Positions 23,163-36,624 of a stretch of DNA of 47,449 nucleotides are shown here, piece by piece (the stretch's first letter is position 1; the number at the start of each line of letters is the position of its first letter). The DNA comes from Mesotaenium endlicherianum (taxonomy: Eukaryota): positions 51,203-98,651 of the forward strand of contig WELA01002286.1 of the NCBI GenBank assembly GCA_009602735.1, given 5' to 3'. The position numbers were made by a program, and so were the translations under genes. The notes below the pieces were generated by a model. It made no database searches. It was not told the origin of the DNA and was given only the letters and a program-made list of their open reading frames with translations.

Positions 23163-26100
23163 TCAATTTTTCCTCTTTCTTGTTCTTGCAGGCTGCCTCC
23201 AAGGGGTCTTCTGCTGCTTCTTGATGGTGGCAGGCTGCCTCCCTGAAGTCTTCGGGCTTCTAGTAGAGAGACTTGGGGCTGGTCCAAGATGGGGGTTGGC
23301 GGCATGGAAGCGCTTCAACTTTCTCTGAACTTTGTCAAGGTAGTGCGCCGCCACCCAACTATTCTCCGAATCTGGATATCCTTTCCACTTGATCAAGTAT
23401 TGCTGCTGTCTCCTGAAATTTCTCATAGCCACTATGTCTTCCACTTCGTACTCCAAATGATCATCCACTATTGTTGGGGCTGGTGGGGTTGTCACACGTC
23501 CTGGGAACTTGTTGTCGGGTTGCACATATGGCTTGAAGAGGGAAGCGTGGAATACGGGGTCGATGTGCATAGTCTGGGGAAGTTCTAGCTTGAAAGCAAC
23601 GGGGTTGACTTGCTGGATAATCTTGAAGGGTCCCAAATACTTGGGAGAGAACTTGCTGCCGGCAGGCCTGTTGTTCAGGGAAATGTTCTTGGATGATAGT
23701 AACACGTTGTCACCCACTCTGTACGTAATTTCTCTTCTGGATCTGTTCGCCACTCTTGCTTGAGCATCTTGCGCGTGTTGTAGAGCTTTCTTCGCTGCTG
23801 TAAGGGCTGCTTCTAATGTCTCCATAAAATCTGTGGCTGCAGGTACTTCATCATGGCCAGCCGTGAAGCTCAGTGGCGTGGTCGGATGGAAGCCATAGTT
23901 GAGGAAGAATGGGGACTCTTGGGTAGAGGCCTGCGTAGTGTTGTTGTAGGCAAACTCGAGGGGGGTCAAGTACATGTCCCAGTCTTGCTCGAGGGTAGAC
24001 ACGTAGGCCTTTAGAGAGGTCTTTAGGGTACGATTCATACGCTCGGTTTGCCCATCTGATTGTGGGTGGTAGGCAGTAGACATATCCAGCGATGTACCCA
24101 AGTTCTTGAAGAGATTTTTCCAGAAATGGCTTGTGAATCTTGGATCTCTATCTGACACAATTCTTGATGGTAGTCCATGGAGTCGGAAGATGTTGTCAAA
24201 GATGAGTCTTGCAAGTTGTGGTGCTGTAGCCTTAGTCGTCGTGGGAATAAAATGAGCCATCTTGGTAAGTCTGTCCACCACCGTGAGTATTGCATTATGG
24301 CCTCGAGGTGTCACGGGCAAGTCCACGATAAGGTCCATTGAGATGTCCGTCCATTGTCTTTCGGGGATTGGTAGTGGTTGGAGGAGTCCTCCCGCCTTTT
24401 GCGATGATGGCTTGATTCTTTGGCATGTGTCACAGCTCCTGCAGTACTCCTTGACTTGCTTAGACATGCCTGGCCAACAATAAGTCCTAGCTAGAACGCC
24501 CGTGGTCCTTAGGATTCCAAAGTGTCCTCCAAGAGGGTTGTCGTGTGCTTCTCGTAGAAGCAAGAGCCGGAGGTCTAAGTCATTAGGAACACATCTCTGG
24601 CCCGTATCTTGCCTCACCCAATAATTGCCTTCTTGCTTCTTGCATGGGTCCAAGGCTGCTTCTCCGTTCTTGTAGTAAGGGTCTCTTTCATAGGCGGCTG
24701 AAAATCGAGCTTCCAGATCTGTCTTCAGGGATACCATCACTGCATTTAATTGCAGTCTTGAGAGGGGGTCAGCCGGGTTTGTCTTGCCGGGCTGGTACTG
24801 AATCGTGATGTTGTATTGTTGCAAGTATCCGCTCCATCTTGCTTGTCTCCTTGAGAGATACGGCTGCGTCTGGAGGTGCTTTAACGCCTCGTGGTCCGTG
24901 GTGACCAGTACTTTGCGTCCTTCAACGTAGCAGCGCCAAACCTTCAAGGCATGTACAATCGCCAATGCCTCTCGCTCCGTGGTTGTATAATTTTGCTCGG
25001 CTGGATTTAGCTTCCTTGACTCGTAGGCGATGGGCTGCAGTCCCTTGCCTTGGTCTTGAAGCAGGATTGCTCCTATTGCATAGGAAGATGCATCGGTGAT
25101 GACGTGGAAGGGCCAATCTGGGTTTGGACTTGGGAGTGTGAGCACCGGGGATGTGGTCAATCTTCGCTTTAACTCTTGAAATGCCTCTTCCTCTTTCTCG
25201 GTCCATGTATATAGCCTGTCCTTCTTGAGTAGATCTGTCAGGGGGGCTGCTATGTGCGAGAAGCCTTGGATGAATTTTCTGTACCAATTGGCAAATCCCA
25301 AGAATGACTGGAGTTCTTTCTTGGTCGTGGGGGTTGGCCATTCCTCCACCACCGTGGTCTTCTTGGGGTCTATCTTGATGCCATCAGCAGTCACGTGGAG
25401 ACCTAGGAACTCCACTTCTTGTTTGGCAAACTCGCATTTTGACTCCTTCGCAAACAGCTTGTTTTGCTTCAATACTTCAAGGACTTCTTTCAAGTGTCTC
25501 GCATGCTCTTCAAGGGTCTTGCTGTAGATAAGGATGTCATCGATGAATACCACCACAAATCTGTCCAACATGGGCTGAAATATGGTGTTCATCATAGTCA
25601 TGAAAGTTGCTGGCGCGTTGGTGAGTCCAAATGGCAGGACCATGAACTCAAAATGTCCATATCTTGTCCTGAATGCCGTCTTCTCTATGTCCGGTTCTGC
25701 GATGCGAATCTGGTGGTAGCCGCTCCGTAAGTCAATCTTCGTGAAGTACTTGGCTCCAACCAGCCGGTCCATGAGCTCATCCATGCGCGGCAGCGGGTAT
25801 CGATTCTTGATGGTGATCTTGTTGAGGGCGCGATAGTCCACACACATCCTCAAGGTACCATCTTTCTTCTTGACAAATAGCACCGGGGCTCCAAATGGCG
25901 ACTTGCTAGGTCGAATGAAGCCATGCTCCAGTAGCTCCTTGATTTGCTTCTTGACTTCGTCTAGCTCCGTGTATGACATTTTGAACGTAGGCCGAGAGAT
26001 GGGCTTGCTTCCGGGCTCCAACTCTATCTTGTGGTCTACGAATCTTTTGGGGGGTAGGCCCTTGGGCAATTCCGGGGAGAACACTTCTTTGTAGTCCTCA

Positions 26101-26828
26101 AAGACTTCTTGTATCTCCTTGGGAACGGGGCTGCCTTCTTGACTCTCGATGTCTTTCTTGATGTCTTTTGGCGTGATCAAGGCCAAAAGAAGCTCGTGTC
26201 CCTTCCTCACAAGTCTCTTGAGTTGGAGGGCGGACAATAGTATCTCGTGTGCCGGCTTCTGGATGTCTTGGGTCTGGATATTCTGGATTGCGCGCAAAAT
26301 ACAGATTCTTGAAGTGATGTCATTCTTGATCTTGATAGTACCGGTCCTCCAATCAACTTGGGGGTTGTGCTTGGTCAACCAAGGCGTCCCTAGGATGACG
26401 TCGTACTTGCCCAATTGCATGGGGGAGAACACTACTCTATCCTTGAAGGACTTGATAGAGAGTGCCAAGGGGTACGTCTTCTTGGAAGGGGTAGTATAGG
26501 AGAATCCATCGGGCATCATAATCTCCTCGTCGTGGTCAAGAGTTCGCATAGTAATACCGTGCTTGGTGGCAAAATCTGCAGCAATGAAGTTGCCTTGAGC
26601 TCCGCTATCCACCAAGATGTGGACCTTCTCTCCTCCAAGGTAACCTCTCAAACTCATTGGGGCTGGAACGTCGTCTTCAACGGGGGTCTCCACCTCACTT
26701 GGCGTGTTGCCTTCTCGTGAAGTGGGTCTTGGGGTGGTAGGCTCCTGGCCTACCGGCGCTGTCCGTTTTTTGACAACTTTTTGGGGCATGAAAGTGCACG
26801 ATGGCCCTTTTCCTTGCAATAGAAGCAT
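23163..26828 (-). CDS. pol: Pol: protease, RT, RNase H, integrase, chromodomain
   Basis: 1221 aa, 10 amino-acid differences from A1 Pol. Confidence 0.97.
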   Translation of the reverse strand: MLLLQGKGPSCTFMPQKVVKKRTAPVGQEPTTPRPTSREGNTPSEVETPVEDDVPAPMSLRGYLGGEKVHILVDSGAQGNFIAADFATKHGITMRTLDHDEEIMMPDGFSYTTPSKKTYPLALSIKSFKDRVVFSPMQLGKYDVILGTPWLTKHNPQVDWRTGTIKIKNDITSRICILRAIQNIQTQDIQKPAHEILLSALQLKRLVRKGHELLLALITPKDIKKDIESQEGSPVPKEIQEVFEDYKEVFSPELPKGLPPKRFVDHKIELEPGSKPISRPTFKMSYTELDEVKKQIKELLEHGFIRPSKSPFGAPVLFVKKKDGTLRMCVDYRALNKITIKNRYPLPRMDELMDRLVGAKYFTKIDLRSGYHQIRIAEPDIEKTAFRTRYGHFEFMVLPFGLTNAPATFMTMMNTIFQPMLDRFVVVFIDDILIYSKTLEEHARHLKEVLEVLKQNKLFAKESKCEFAKQEVEFLGLHVTADGIKIDPKKTTVVEEWPTPTTKKELQSFLGFANWYRKFIQGFSHIAAPLTDLLKKDRLYTWTEKEEEAFQELKRRLTTSPVLTLPSPNPDWPFHVITDASSYAIGAILLQDQGKGLQPIAYESRKLNPAEQNYTTTEREALAIVHALKVWRCYVEGRKVLVTTDHEALKHLQTQPYLSRRQARWSGYLQQYNITIQYQPGKTNPADPLSRLQLNAVMVSLKTDLEARFSAAYERDPYYKNGEAALDPCKKQEGNYWVRQDTGQRCVPNDLDLRLLLLREAHDNPLGGHFGILRTTGVLARTYCWPGMSKQVKEYCRSCDTCQRIKPSSQKAGGLLQPLPIPERQWTDISMDLIVDLPVTPRGHNAILTVVDRLTKMAHFIPTTTKATAPQLARLIFDNIFRLHGLPSRIVSDRDPRFTSHFWKNLFKNLGTSLDMSTAYHPQSDGQTERMNRTLKTSLKAYVSTLEQDWDMYLTPLEFAYNNTTQASTQESPFFLNYGFHPTTPLSFTAGHDEVPAATDFMETLEAALTAAKKALQHAQDAQARVANRSRREITYRVGDNVLLSSKNISLNNRPAGSKFSPKYLGPFKIIQQVNPVAFKLELPQTMHIDPVFHASLFKPYVQPDNKFPGRVTTPPAPTIVDDHLEYEVEDIVAMRNFRRQQQYLIKWKGYPDSENSWVAAHYLDKVQRKLKRFHAANPHLGPAPSLSTRSPKTSGRQPATIKKQQKTPWRQPARTRKRKN

Positions 26829-28030
26829 AGTCCAGCCGTCATGAGAGCTTCTTTTTCAGCCGGGGAGAGTCTTGCTTTCACTCCTTGCTGGTTTCTTGCA
26901 TCATAAGTGTCATTGGAGGGTCTTCCACTCTTCCGGGCAGCCGCGGGGTCCCTTTTAATAACTCCGATTTCCATGGGTGTGGGTCCAGATTCGGATGTGG
27001 AAGGGGCTGCGTACACCCGCGTCGTCGGTACCCGTGAAGATGAAGGCACGGAGTGCTTGAAATCCAAGGTATCCACCTTTTGGGCCACTTCAATGATCTT
27101 TGAGAAGTCCGTCAAGTCGCGTAACTCCACTTCCTTTGCCACCTTGGGTTTGAGGCCAAAGATGTAACGGTCAATCTTCTCCTCGAGAGACATGTTGGGG
27201 ATCTCAAGAGTGAGGGCGTGAAATCTGGATGTATACTCTTGAACGGACGTCGTTTGCTTGAGATGGTGGAGCTTTCCTCGGGCAATCTTCTCCGCATTGA
27301 TGGGCATGAATTGCTTCTTGAGGGCCTCACGAAAATCTGCCCATCTTGCATATGATGGTGGGGGCTCTTGGCCGAGCATGGGGTGCGCCATAGCTTGATA
27401 TATAGCCGCTTGATAGTTACGCCACCATGATGTTGCTGCTCCTCTAAGTAAGGTAACGGCAAAGGGAACGTAGTCCTCCTCGGGTACTTCAAGGAACGCG
27501 AGGTACGTCTCCACTTGGTAGAGCCATAAATTCAGGTTGGCACCTTTCCCGGGGTTGAAAGTGTCGGGTTTGCCGGGCTTGATGAGTTTCCTTGCTCTCG
27601 TTGGCTCTTGTGGAGGCGCTTGAGCCGGGGCTGGATTTTGAGCATTGCTCGCAATAGGGGCAACCATGGCAGCCATAGCTTCTCTTGACGCTTGCACGGT
27701 TGCTTCATAGGTGGCCAAGCCCACTTGGTTGTGGACGGTCATTAGGAAGGCTGCCCACTCATTTGCGGGAACTCCTTGTGGTGGGGTCAACTTTGCTATA
27801 GCGGCTGCCACGGGATTTGACGGTGCTCCTCCTTGTGGTGCTTCTTGTTGTTGCAGATTTCCTTGAGTAGGCTCTCCCATCGACGCTGGAGGAGGGTGTG
27901 CTCCTCCTTGTGGTGCTTCTTGTTGTTGCAGATTTTCTTGAGTGGGCTCTCCCATCGGCGCTGGAGGAGGGTGTCTTGGAGAGGAAGGGCTTCCTTCGAA
28001 AGCTTGCTGTTGGTCTTGAGGATCGGCCAT
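26750..28030 (-). CDS. gag: Gag (426 aa)
   Basis: Protein identical to A1 Gag. Confidence 0.95.
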   Translation of the reverse strand: MADPQDQQQAFEGSPSSPRHPPPAPMGEPTQENLQQQEAPQGGAHPPPASMGEPTQGNLQQQEAPQGGAPSNPVAAAIAKLTPPQGVPANEWAAFLMTVHNQVGLATYEATVQASREAMAAMVAPIASNAQNPAPAQAPPQEPTRARKLIKPGKPDTFNPGKGANLNLWLYQVETYLAFLEVPEEDYVPFAVTLLRGAATSWWRNYQAAIYQAMAHPMLGQEPPPSYARWADFREALKKQFMPINAEKIARGKLHHLKQTTSVQEYTSRFHALTLEIPNMSLEEKIDRYIFGLKPKVAKEVELRDLTDFSKIIEVAQKVDTLDFKHSVPSSSRVPTTRVYAAPSTSESGPTPMEIGVIKRDPAAARKSGRPSNDTYDARNQQGVKARLSPAEKEALMTAGLCFYCKEKGHRALSCPKKLSKNGQRR

Positions 28031-28054
28031 CTTCTTGTGCTACCAAAGTGCCTA

Positions 28055-28066
28055 GCTCCGATACCA
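28055..28066 (-). promoter_or_regulatory. A2 primer-binding site
   Basis: TGGTATCGGAGC on the - strand. Confidence 0.93.
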
Positions 28067-28067
28067 C

Positions 28068-28570
28068 TGTAGTGAAACAGATAGATAAAGTACTTAGTAA
28101 AACAGAATACTTTATCTATTCAAGACAAGGATCTTTGAACACAAGTGGTAGCTTCTTGAAAGAGAGATGGCTTCTTGAAAGTTAATATATTTCTGGATTT
28201 TGGCAAGTACAAGAGTGATTCTGGAATGTCTTTCTATGTTCTAGCTCTTGTTTATATACTTGCTACATAAGTAATTTCTAGGAAGGTGTATGTTGATGTG
28301 TTGGCACCCAACACATCCCAAAACTTGCCACCTCTTTCTAGAATAATGTACACATGTCCTTTTGACCTAAAAATGGCACATCTGACTTTTGCCACATGGA
28401 GTTCTTCTAGGTCTTTCCTCTAACTTCGAAAATGCCTTGGAAGGTTCAAAGAACATGAACCAAGTTACTAGAGTACCTATTCACACTTGAGTCCACACAA
28501 TACTACTCCAAATATATTTGAAAATATTAAAATATATGCAAACTAATGTATAATAACTCAAATCACTACA
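28068..28570 (-). repeat. A2 5' LTR
   Basis: 503 bp with 7 mismatches to 21891-22393 by manual count. Confidence 0.97.
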
Positions 28571-28575
28571 GCTGG

Positions 28576-28761
28576 CTGTCAAAGAATGTGTCAGCAAGCT
28601 GACTTAAGTTGACTTCAGCCTGCTGCTTCCGGCTAAGTCATCAAATTGATATTTTCATGAAGTCCAACAGACTGGATATTAACTAGAGTTCAGGAGGTTG
28701 AACTTATATATCTATTATATTTAGATGAATATCATATCAACCAATATACTGATTCATTACA
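28576..28761 (-). repeat. B2 5' LTR, part 2
   Basis: Continues the B LTR after the GCTGG TSD and ends ...GATTCATTACA. Confidence 0.92.
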
Positions 28762-30834
28762 GTACCTGTTCTTGATGGTGATCATGTTAGGTGCTCGATA
28801 GTCGACACATATCCTCATAGTCCCATCCTTCTTCTTCACAAATAAGATTGGCGCTGCAAAAACGGAGACTCGCTCGGTCGGATGAATTCCTTATCCAATA
28901 ACTCGGTCAGCTGCTTCTGCAACTCATCCAACTCCGCAAACGATTCTCGATGGGTGGGTCTCACTGGTGGCTTGCTCCTTGATTCCAACTCCATCTTGTG
29001 CTCCATAGCTCTCTGTAGAGGTAATCCTGCAGGTACTCCCTCGAAAAACACGCTCTTGAACTCCTTTAACAGCGCTTTAATTTGGGCAGGCATCTCAACA
29101 AGCTTGTTCTTCCCTTGAGCAGTTGGGCTCTGCTCCTTCTGAGCAAGGGGACCAGACACCACTATTTGCTCCTCGGGCGACGCGCGCTTGTCCAGGCTTT
29201 TAGGATTCACGCTTGCTCCATCTAATGACCGGGCCAGGGCCATCAAATCAAGGTACATCTCTTTCACCTGATTTGCCCAGCATAGCCTCTTAACTTGCAG
29301 GCTCAACAGAATACAATTTCCTGTGGTCGTATCTACCTTCACGTGTTTCGCTGTCTCCATTCACCCATCACGCCCTTCGACATTCACTTGTCCAGTGCTC
29401 CACTGCACTTGAGGGTTGGCTTTCACCAGCTATGGCCGGCCCAATATCACCTCATGGTGACCTAGCTCTGCCTGCTCCATAACTTCATTACTTCAGTGGC
29501 CCGCTACTTCCACGTGAATGGCTTCCGTAGGTGCACCACACTTGAGTCTCTGCTCATTCGTCAAAATTGCCTCTTTAGGCTCTCAATGCTTATGCACAGG
29601 AATTCGCCACTCCTTCACCAGCTTCTTGTGCACAAAGTTTGCACTTGCACTGTCGACCATACACCTCGCCTTGTTGCTGTCGACTACTCCTTCCACGATA
29701 ATAGGCTTGTCAACGTCTCGTCTTTCGCTTATTGGCAGACTCCTAGAGATCACCTCTTTGTGAGTTCTCCTTTTTACGCTAGTAGACACCTCAGAACGTG
29801 GCGTCCTCCTTTTTCCTGTTGTTGAGGTTGCCTCGCCTTCACATGACAGTCTTGAGCCAGATGTCCAATCTTGCCACAATTATAGCATGATCCTCTCGGC
29901 TAAAAATTTTGCTGCCTGCGCTGGTTCTGAATAAGTCCCAACTCCACAGGTATTGGACCTTGACTTCTCGTGCTTGGCGCTTGAGATCCAAAGTGTCGAT
30001 AACCTCCAAGGTTGTGGCGGCCCTATTGTCTTTGACAATACTCCACAACGTCGACTCTCATCTCCTCGTCGCCAATGCTATCGTTTCTCCACGATTGGTA
30101 GGGTCCTTGAGCGCCACTTCCTTGGCCCTAGTTGGCTTGAGTCCCCTCTTGAACCCGTCCATCATCTCCGACCCATACATGGATGGACGTTGAAGCACTA
30201 GCTTGTTGAAGCCTGATACATATTCTTGAATGCTTTCTCGTTGACGAAAGCGCACCAAGAGATCTCGAGCGGTAGCCTCGGGAGCATTAGGTTGAAATTG
30301 CCTCTTCAAGCCTTCAAAAAGCTGATCAACAATAGCAGGTTCTCCAGACAGCTGCTCCTCTTGCTCATACCAAGCTTCAGCACTCTTCTTCAGCAAAGTA
30401 ATTCCAAAGACGACTTGCTTGTCGGATGTGAGCGCATAATATTCCATACATTTCTCCACTCCAAAAATCTATTAATGAACAGGCGGCAATCCACGCTCTC
30501 CAGTGTACACTTCAGGCTTAGGCACACGCACTCCCAATGCGGGTGAAATAACTAGTTGCACCACTGGATTAACATGAATTGGTGGTACAACATGTGCAGG
30601 TGCCGAGCTTGTCTAAGCGGCGTTCCCAACAACAAATTGCACCATTCTCTCCACCTCCGCGCGCTTATTTTGTTGAAATTGGACGTAGACTATACCTCTA
30701 ATTGCATCGGCCATTTGCCTTAGCATCACCTGCATCTCTTGTTGCTCTGTGGTCATTGTTGGCGTTGTCTGCTCCTCCACACGCTTGACATGCTCAACGT
30801 GTTCACCTCCACCAACTGCGTACTGCGACTCCAT
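28762..30834 (-). pseudogene. C1 gag, protease and RT start (heavily decayed)
   Basis: Fragments ([37 protein letters not shown]) homologous to C2. Confidence 0.88.
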
Positions 30835-30857
30835 GATATAATATGCGAGTTTACGCA

Positions 30858-30869
30858 GCTCCGATACCA
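30858..30869 (-). promoter_or_regulatory. C1 primer-binding site
   Basis: TGGTATCGGAGC on the - strand, 2 nt from the LTR. Confidence 0.85.
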
Positions 30870-30871
30870 GA

Positions 30872-31625
30872 TGAAAGAGGCAGAGGGCCCTAGTGGAAGC
30901 GCAATGACTCACGAGGAAAAGAACTAGTTGCAATCATACTAAAGAGTGCAGCGGCATGTGACTAAGAAAGCTTAGGAAAATCTCTTGACATTTTAAGTAG
31001 CAAGAAATTGCTCACAAATGAACTAGGATGAAAGTCCTTGTCATTACAAACTCGTAGAAAGTTACGAAAGTGAAAATTGAGCAAAATGAAGAAGTTGTGC
31101 CTATTTATAATTTTCTACGACGGTTGCTCGCCCCTAGGCAAGAGGGCCGCTTAGCAACAGAAAGTTCCAAGTGTTCGTCAAATCGTCCCTTCCAGAATAT
31201 TTGTGACTAAGCCAGATCAGCCTCATCCTACGTGTCGGGCCGATTTGACATCCACATGCATGCATCGATAATATTAGAATATTCTATGTTAGGCGCCCTA
31301 GGCTAAACTGAAATTTCTAGTTAATTCGACCTAGTCGGCACTCCGCGTCAGCGGAAATTACGTGAAGTTTTGAATTCACTCTAACGGGCCAGATCGCTTG
31401 ACGCTGTTGGTCAATCCGACGGTCGCGCTTACCGCAAATTGAGGACAGTTGTCAACCGACCTCAAAAATATTTAAGCTTTGGAAATCCATAACTCTCTCA
31501 ATACTAAATCAAATTTGATGAACTTCATATCAAAATGACCACACAAATGAACTCTACAATACTAAGCAATCAAAATTTACTTCCATGGAACTCAAAATTG
31601 CACTTTAAAAAGCTATTACCTTAGC
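30872..31625 (-). repeat. C1 5' LTR (about 754 bp)
   Basis: Reverse-complement homologue of 32412-33166. The outer end is degenerate. Confidence 0.82.
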
Positions 31626-32411
31626 CCCCTCATGTGTCACCTCTCTAAGTATAATATTCCTCTCTACCTCCACGCCCTTCTCATTCATCATTTCCTCACT
31701 CCCTCTAGTTTTTTTTATTGGTAGCAAAATATTATTTATCTAGGACGCAAGAGTTTTCACGACATGCATTTCGATGGTGGAAAAGAGGGATCATTGCTTA
31801 CTTTGAGCTTGCATGTAAAGTTGGTCTTGTCGGGATGTCCCGAAGGGTTGTCACGTTTTCCTATAAAGTCTGGACACAAGTAAAATTTTATACTGTGAGA
31901 AAACGGGAGCATGATGCATTCAAACACTGCCCGAGGGGAGTGAATTTGTTAGGGTTGGGTGTCCTTCAGATACAACGTTGCAATCCTGAAAAGAAAAGGA
32001 TTACCTTCAATTTGGATTCATAATGTTAAGTAGGAATGGACTTGTTGATGTAGCACCAAATAAAAGCTTTAACCTCCTCAAGGGACAGGCATACCAACAC
32101 GTTGACACCTCAACATACATGCAATATAAAATGGCAAACCAACAAGTAAGGATGCAAGCATTAGAACTTGTGTTGTGATTGAGATTGGAGCGTTACTTCG
32201 AGCAACTTTAAAGAGAAGGGAAGAAGGTGATGCTGAGAGGAGGGAGATTTTCAGGAATTTCTCAAGCCGAACTTGACTTGATTCCAACTTGACAGGGGCA
32301 AATGGGATTCTATCATCTTTGGGACGCCTTGAATCTATAATCGAGCGCCTTCGATGCTTCCTCTGGTCCACTCGAGAGCAGATCCGATCTTGAAACGTCC
32401 ATGAGTCAAGC

Positions 32412-33166
32412 TGTAAGGTCATAGATTTATAAAGTGCATCTATGAGTTTCATGAAAGTTTTCTTTGATTGCATAGAAGTGTAGAGTGCATTTTTGTGATC
32501 ATTTTGATATAAAGTTCATCGAAGTTGGTCAAGTGTTGAGAGAGTTATGGATTTCCAAAGTTTAATAAGTCTTGAGGTCGGTTGACGACTGTCCTTAATT
32601 CGCGGTGAGCGCGACCGTCGGATTGACCGACAGCATCGAGCAGTCTGGCCCATTATAGTGAACTCAAACCTTCACGTAAGTTTGGCTGACGCGGAGTGCA
32701 GACTAGGTCGACTAACCTAGAAGTTTCGGTTTACCCTAGCGCCCCTAAGATAGAATATTCGAGAAATTTCAGTGCATGCATGTGAACGTCAAATCGACTT
32801 GACACGTCAGATGAGACTGATTTGGCTTACTCATGGATATTTTGGAAAAGACAATTTGACAAACACTTAGGAAAATCCGTTGCTAAGCGGCCCTCTCGTC
32901 TAGAGAAGAGGCCTTAGGTCAGAAAACTATAAATAGGCATTACTACTTCATTTCTCATCAGTTTTCACTTCTGTACATTTCTACGGGTTTGTTATGACAA
33001 GGTCTTTCATCCTAGATAATTTGTGAGCAAATTCTTGGTAGTCAACATGTCCAGTTATTTTCCTAAGCTTTCTTAGTGATATGCCGCTGCACTCTTCAGT
33101 TCGATTGCAACTCGTTCCTTTCCTCGTGAGTTACTACGCTTACACTAGGCCACTCTGCCCTTTTCA
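32412..33166 (+). repeat. C2 5' LTR
   Basis: TGTAAGG...TTTCA followed by the PBS. Confidence 0.88.
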
Positions 33167-33203
33167 TTTGGTATCAGTGCTGGGCTATTTTGCATACTAT
33201 ATT

Positions 33204-34235
33204 ATGGAGTCGCAGCCGGCAGCTGGAGGAGGCGAACACGTCGAGCATGTTGAGAGTGCAGGGCGACAGGTAGCACCAACGATCAACAAAGAGCAACAAG
33301 AAATGCAAGCGATGCTAAGGCAAATGGCGAATGCAATTGGAGGAGAAGTCTACACACAGTTTCAAAAAAATATGCGCCAGGATGTGGAGAGAACGGTGCG
33401 AGTTGTTGTTGGGAATGCCGCTTCAACGAGTTCGACACCTGCACCTGTTGTACCACCAATTCATGTTCACCCAGTGGTGCAAGTAGTTGTTCCACCTACA
33501 TCGGGAGTGCGTGCGCCTAAGCGTGAAGTGTATACAGGAGAGCGTGGATCGCCGCCTGTTCATGAATGGATTTTTGGAATGAAGAAGATTGTGGAGTATT
33601 ATGCGCTCACGCCCGACAGGCAAGTCCCCTTTGTCATAACTTTGCTGCAAAAGAGAGCTGGAGCTTAGTACGAACGAGAAACGCAGCTGTCTCGAGTCCC
33701 TGCTATTGTTGATTAGCTATTTGAAGGCTTGAAGAGGCAATTTCAACATTTTGCACCCGAGGCTACCGCTCGAGATCTATTGGTGTGCCTTCGTCAACGA
33801 GGAAGCGTTCAGGAGTATGTTTTGCGATTCAACGAGCTGGTGCTTCAATGTCCATCCATGCACGAGTCGGAGGTGATGGACAAGTTCAAGAGGGGATTCA
33901 AGCCAACTGTGGCCAAGGAAGTGGCGCTCAAGGACCCTACCAATCTTGGAGAAACGATGGCATTGGCAACAAGGGTCGCCGCAGTGGGATTTAGTCAGAG
34001 GCAGTGGGGCAGCCACAACTTTGGAGGATATCGACACTTTGGATCTCAGGCGCCAAGCACGAGTGTTCAAGGTCCAGTACCTATGGAGTTGGGACTTGTC
34101 CAGAACCAGTGCAGGCAACAGAATTATGAGCCAAGAGGACCCTGCTATAATTGCGGCAAGCTTGAAAATATGGCTCGAGACTGTCATGTGAAAGCGAAGC
34201 ACCCTCAAGAGCAGGAAAAAGGAGGACGCCAATAA
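33204..34235 (+). pseudogene. gag: C2 gag (internal stop at 33666)
   Basis: LRQRGSVQEY, GPVPMELG and the degenerate knuckle CYNCGKLENMARDC. Confidence 0.88.
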
Positions 34236-34246
34236 GTCGTTTTGGG

Positions 34247-36624
34247 GTGTCTACTTGCCGGAAGATGAGAACTCACAAAGAGGTTATCTCCACAAGCCTG
34301 CCGAGAAGCAAAGGACGAGAAGTTGACAAGCCTATCATCGTGGAAAGAGTAGTCGACGGCAACAAGGGGAAGTGTATGGTCGACAGTGGCGCAACTGCAA
34401 ACTTTGTGCACAAGAAGCTGGTGAAAGAGTGGCGAATCCTTGTGCAGAAGCATTATGAGCCTAAAGAGGCAATAATGGCGAATGGGCAAGGACTCAAGTG
34501 CGGTGCACCTACGGAAGCTATTCGCGTGGAAGTAGCGGGGCACCAGAGTAAGGTAGTTATGGAGCAGGCAGAGTTGGGTCACCATGAGGTGATATTGGGC
34601 CGACCATGGCTGAGGAAAGCCAACCCTCAAGTGCACTGGAGCACAGGAGAAGTGAAAGTCGAAGGGCGTGATGGGTGAGTGGAGACAGCGAAACACGTGG
34701 AGGTAGATACGACCACAAGTACTGTCTTCTGTTGAGCCTGCAAGTTAAGAAGCTATGCAGGGCGAATCAGGTGAAGGAGATGTACCTTGTTTTGGTGGCC
34801 CTGGCGAGGTCATTAGATGGAGCAAGCGTGAATCCTAAGGGCCTGCGCAAATGTACATCGCCGGAGGAGCAAGTAGTGGTGTCCGATCCCCTTGCTCCAA
34901 AGAAGCAGAGCCCAACTGCTCAAGCGAAGAAGCCTGCTGAGATGCCTGCCCAAATTAAGGCGCTGTTGGAGGAATTCAAGTGCGTTCTTCCTGAGGAGGT
35001 ACCTGCAGGATCACCTCCACAAAGAGCTATGGAGCACAAGATCGAGTTGGAACCAAGGAGCGAGCCACCTATGAGACCCGCCTATCGACCATCGTTTGCG
35101 GAGTTGGATGAGTTGAAGAAGAAGCTGACGAAGTTATTGGAGAGGGGATTCATCCGACTCAGCGATTTTCCATTTGCAACGGCAGTCTTATTTGTGAAGA
35201 AGGACGATGGAACTATGAGAACGTGTGTCGACTACCAAGCACTCAACAAGATCACTATCAAGAACAAGTACCCACTTCCACAAGTGGACGAGTTGAGTAA
35301 GAGGCTTGTCGGGGCGAAGTATTTCTTGAAGATCGATTTGAGGAGTGGCTATCACCTGGTACGAAATGCGAAAGGAGCCGTTTAGATACTGCTTCCAGGA
35401 CTTGCTATGGTTTATTCGAGTTCACGGTCATGCCTTTTGGGCTGACTAATGCACCTGCTACATTCGTGGGACTCATGAACAATATCTTCAGAGCCTATTT
35501 GGACCAGTTTGCGGTGGTATTTTCGGACGACATCCTGATCTATTTGAAGACCTTAGAAGCGCATGTGGAGCATCTGAGGAAGGTGTGGGAGGTCTTGAGA
35601 GATAAAAAACTATATGGGATGATGAGCAAGTGCGACATCTGTCTCAAGGAAGTAATGTTTCTTGGACACATAGTGGGAGCTGAAGTAGTCAAGGTGGAGC
35701 AGAAGAAGGTGCAAGCAGTCAGAGATTGGCCGGTACCTGCTGATATTCATCAACTCAGGATCTTCCTTGGCATGGCAAAATATTATCGACGTTTCATTGA
35801 AGAATTTGCCAAGGTGTGTGCACTGCTCACGGACATGTTAAAGAAGCAGGAGAAGTGGCTATGGATTGACAAGGAGCAGCAAGCTTTCGAGAAGATTAAG
35901 GTGTTGTTGACAAAGGCACCTGTGTTGGCAATTGCCAATCCAGAGCTTCCTTTCACCATCATTACGGACGCATCAAATTTGGCAGTGGGAGCCATTCTTC
36001 TCCAAGACCAGGGCAAAGGATTGCAGCCTACGGCATACGAGAGCAAGAAATTGAGTCCTGCTGAGCAGAATTATGCAGCACACGAGCAGGAAATGTTGGC
36101 TATTATCCAGACTTTGAGGATTTGGCGATGTTTTGCGGACAGCCGGAAGGTGTTCATCAAGACCGACCACAAGAGCTTAGAGAAGTTTATGACGCAGCCA
36201 ACATTGACACCAAGACAAGCAACGTGGATGGAGTTTTTGCAACAGTTCGACCACAAGATTGAGTACTTATTTGGGAAGATCAACCCTGCAGACGCTTTAT
36301 CCAAGAGGTGTGACCTGCAGCTATCTGAGTTATCAAGGAGAGTATGGACTTCAAGCAGAAGCTTAAGAGAGTTCATGAGAAGGATCATGAATTTGCAGAT
36401 GGTGGAGCAGCTGAGTTCAACTCAAGTATGCTGAAGAAGTACGGCATATTGTATTATGGTGATTCCAATAAGGTGGTGGTCCGTGACATCAAGGAGCTAC
36501 GAGACTTACTACATGCGTAGCATCATAATTGCTTATATGCTAGACACTTTGGAAGAGAGAAGACGGCAATCGTGCTGAAGCGGGAGTATTATTGGAGAGA
36601 CATGGACATTGACATCGAGGAGTG
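34247..36624 (+). pseudogene. pol: C2 pol remnant (protease, RT, RNase H, start of integrase)
   Basis: [20 protein letters not shown] and TDASN. Ends within the integrase Zn-binding region (HFGREKT...YYWRDMDIDIEECV). Confidence 0.9.

Larger units (their letters stand above)
21891..28570 (-). mobile_element. Intact chromovirus family A, copy A2 (6680 bp), inverted relative to A1
   Basis: TSD GCTGG (21886-21890, 28571-28575), LTRs at 21891-22393 and 28068-28570, and open gag and pol. Confidence 0.98.
6471..28761 (-). mobile_element. Family B chromovirus B2, full length (about 8.9 kb of own sequence), carrying insertions A1 and A2
   Basis: Two 720-bp LTRs bound it. Flanks GAACT and GTACC are each 1 mismatch from the GTACT target expected from C2. 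It contains gag, pol and a chromodomain remnant. Confidence 0.8.
5820..31625 (-). mobile_element. Family C Ty3/gypsy element C1, the old host of the nest, interrupted by B2 and B1
   Basis: RT text ...ITIKNRY (to 28762) resumes as FPLPQVD... at 6470, collinear with C2 ([13 protein letters not shown]). Its own sequence is 5820-6470 plus 28762-31625. Confidence 0.8.

Noticed and set aside
31626..32411. Spacer ORFs 31718-32023 and 32078-32473 as a host gene or gag relic
   Set aside because: No convincing motifs, and one ORF starts inside an LTR. Left unassigned.
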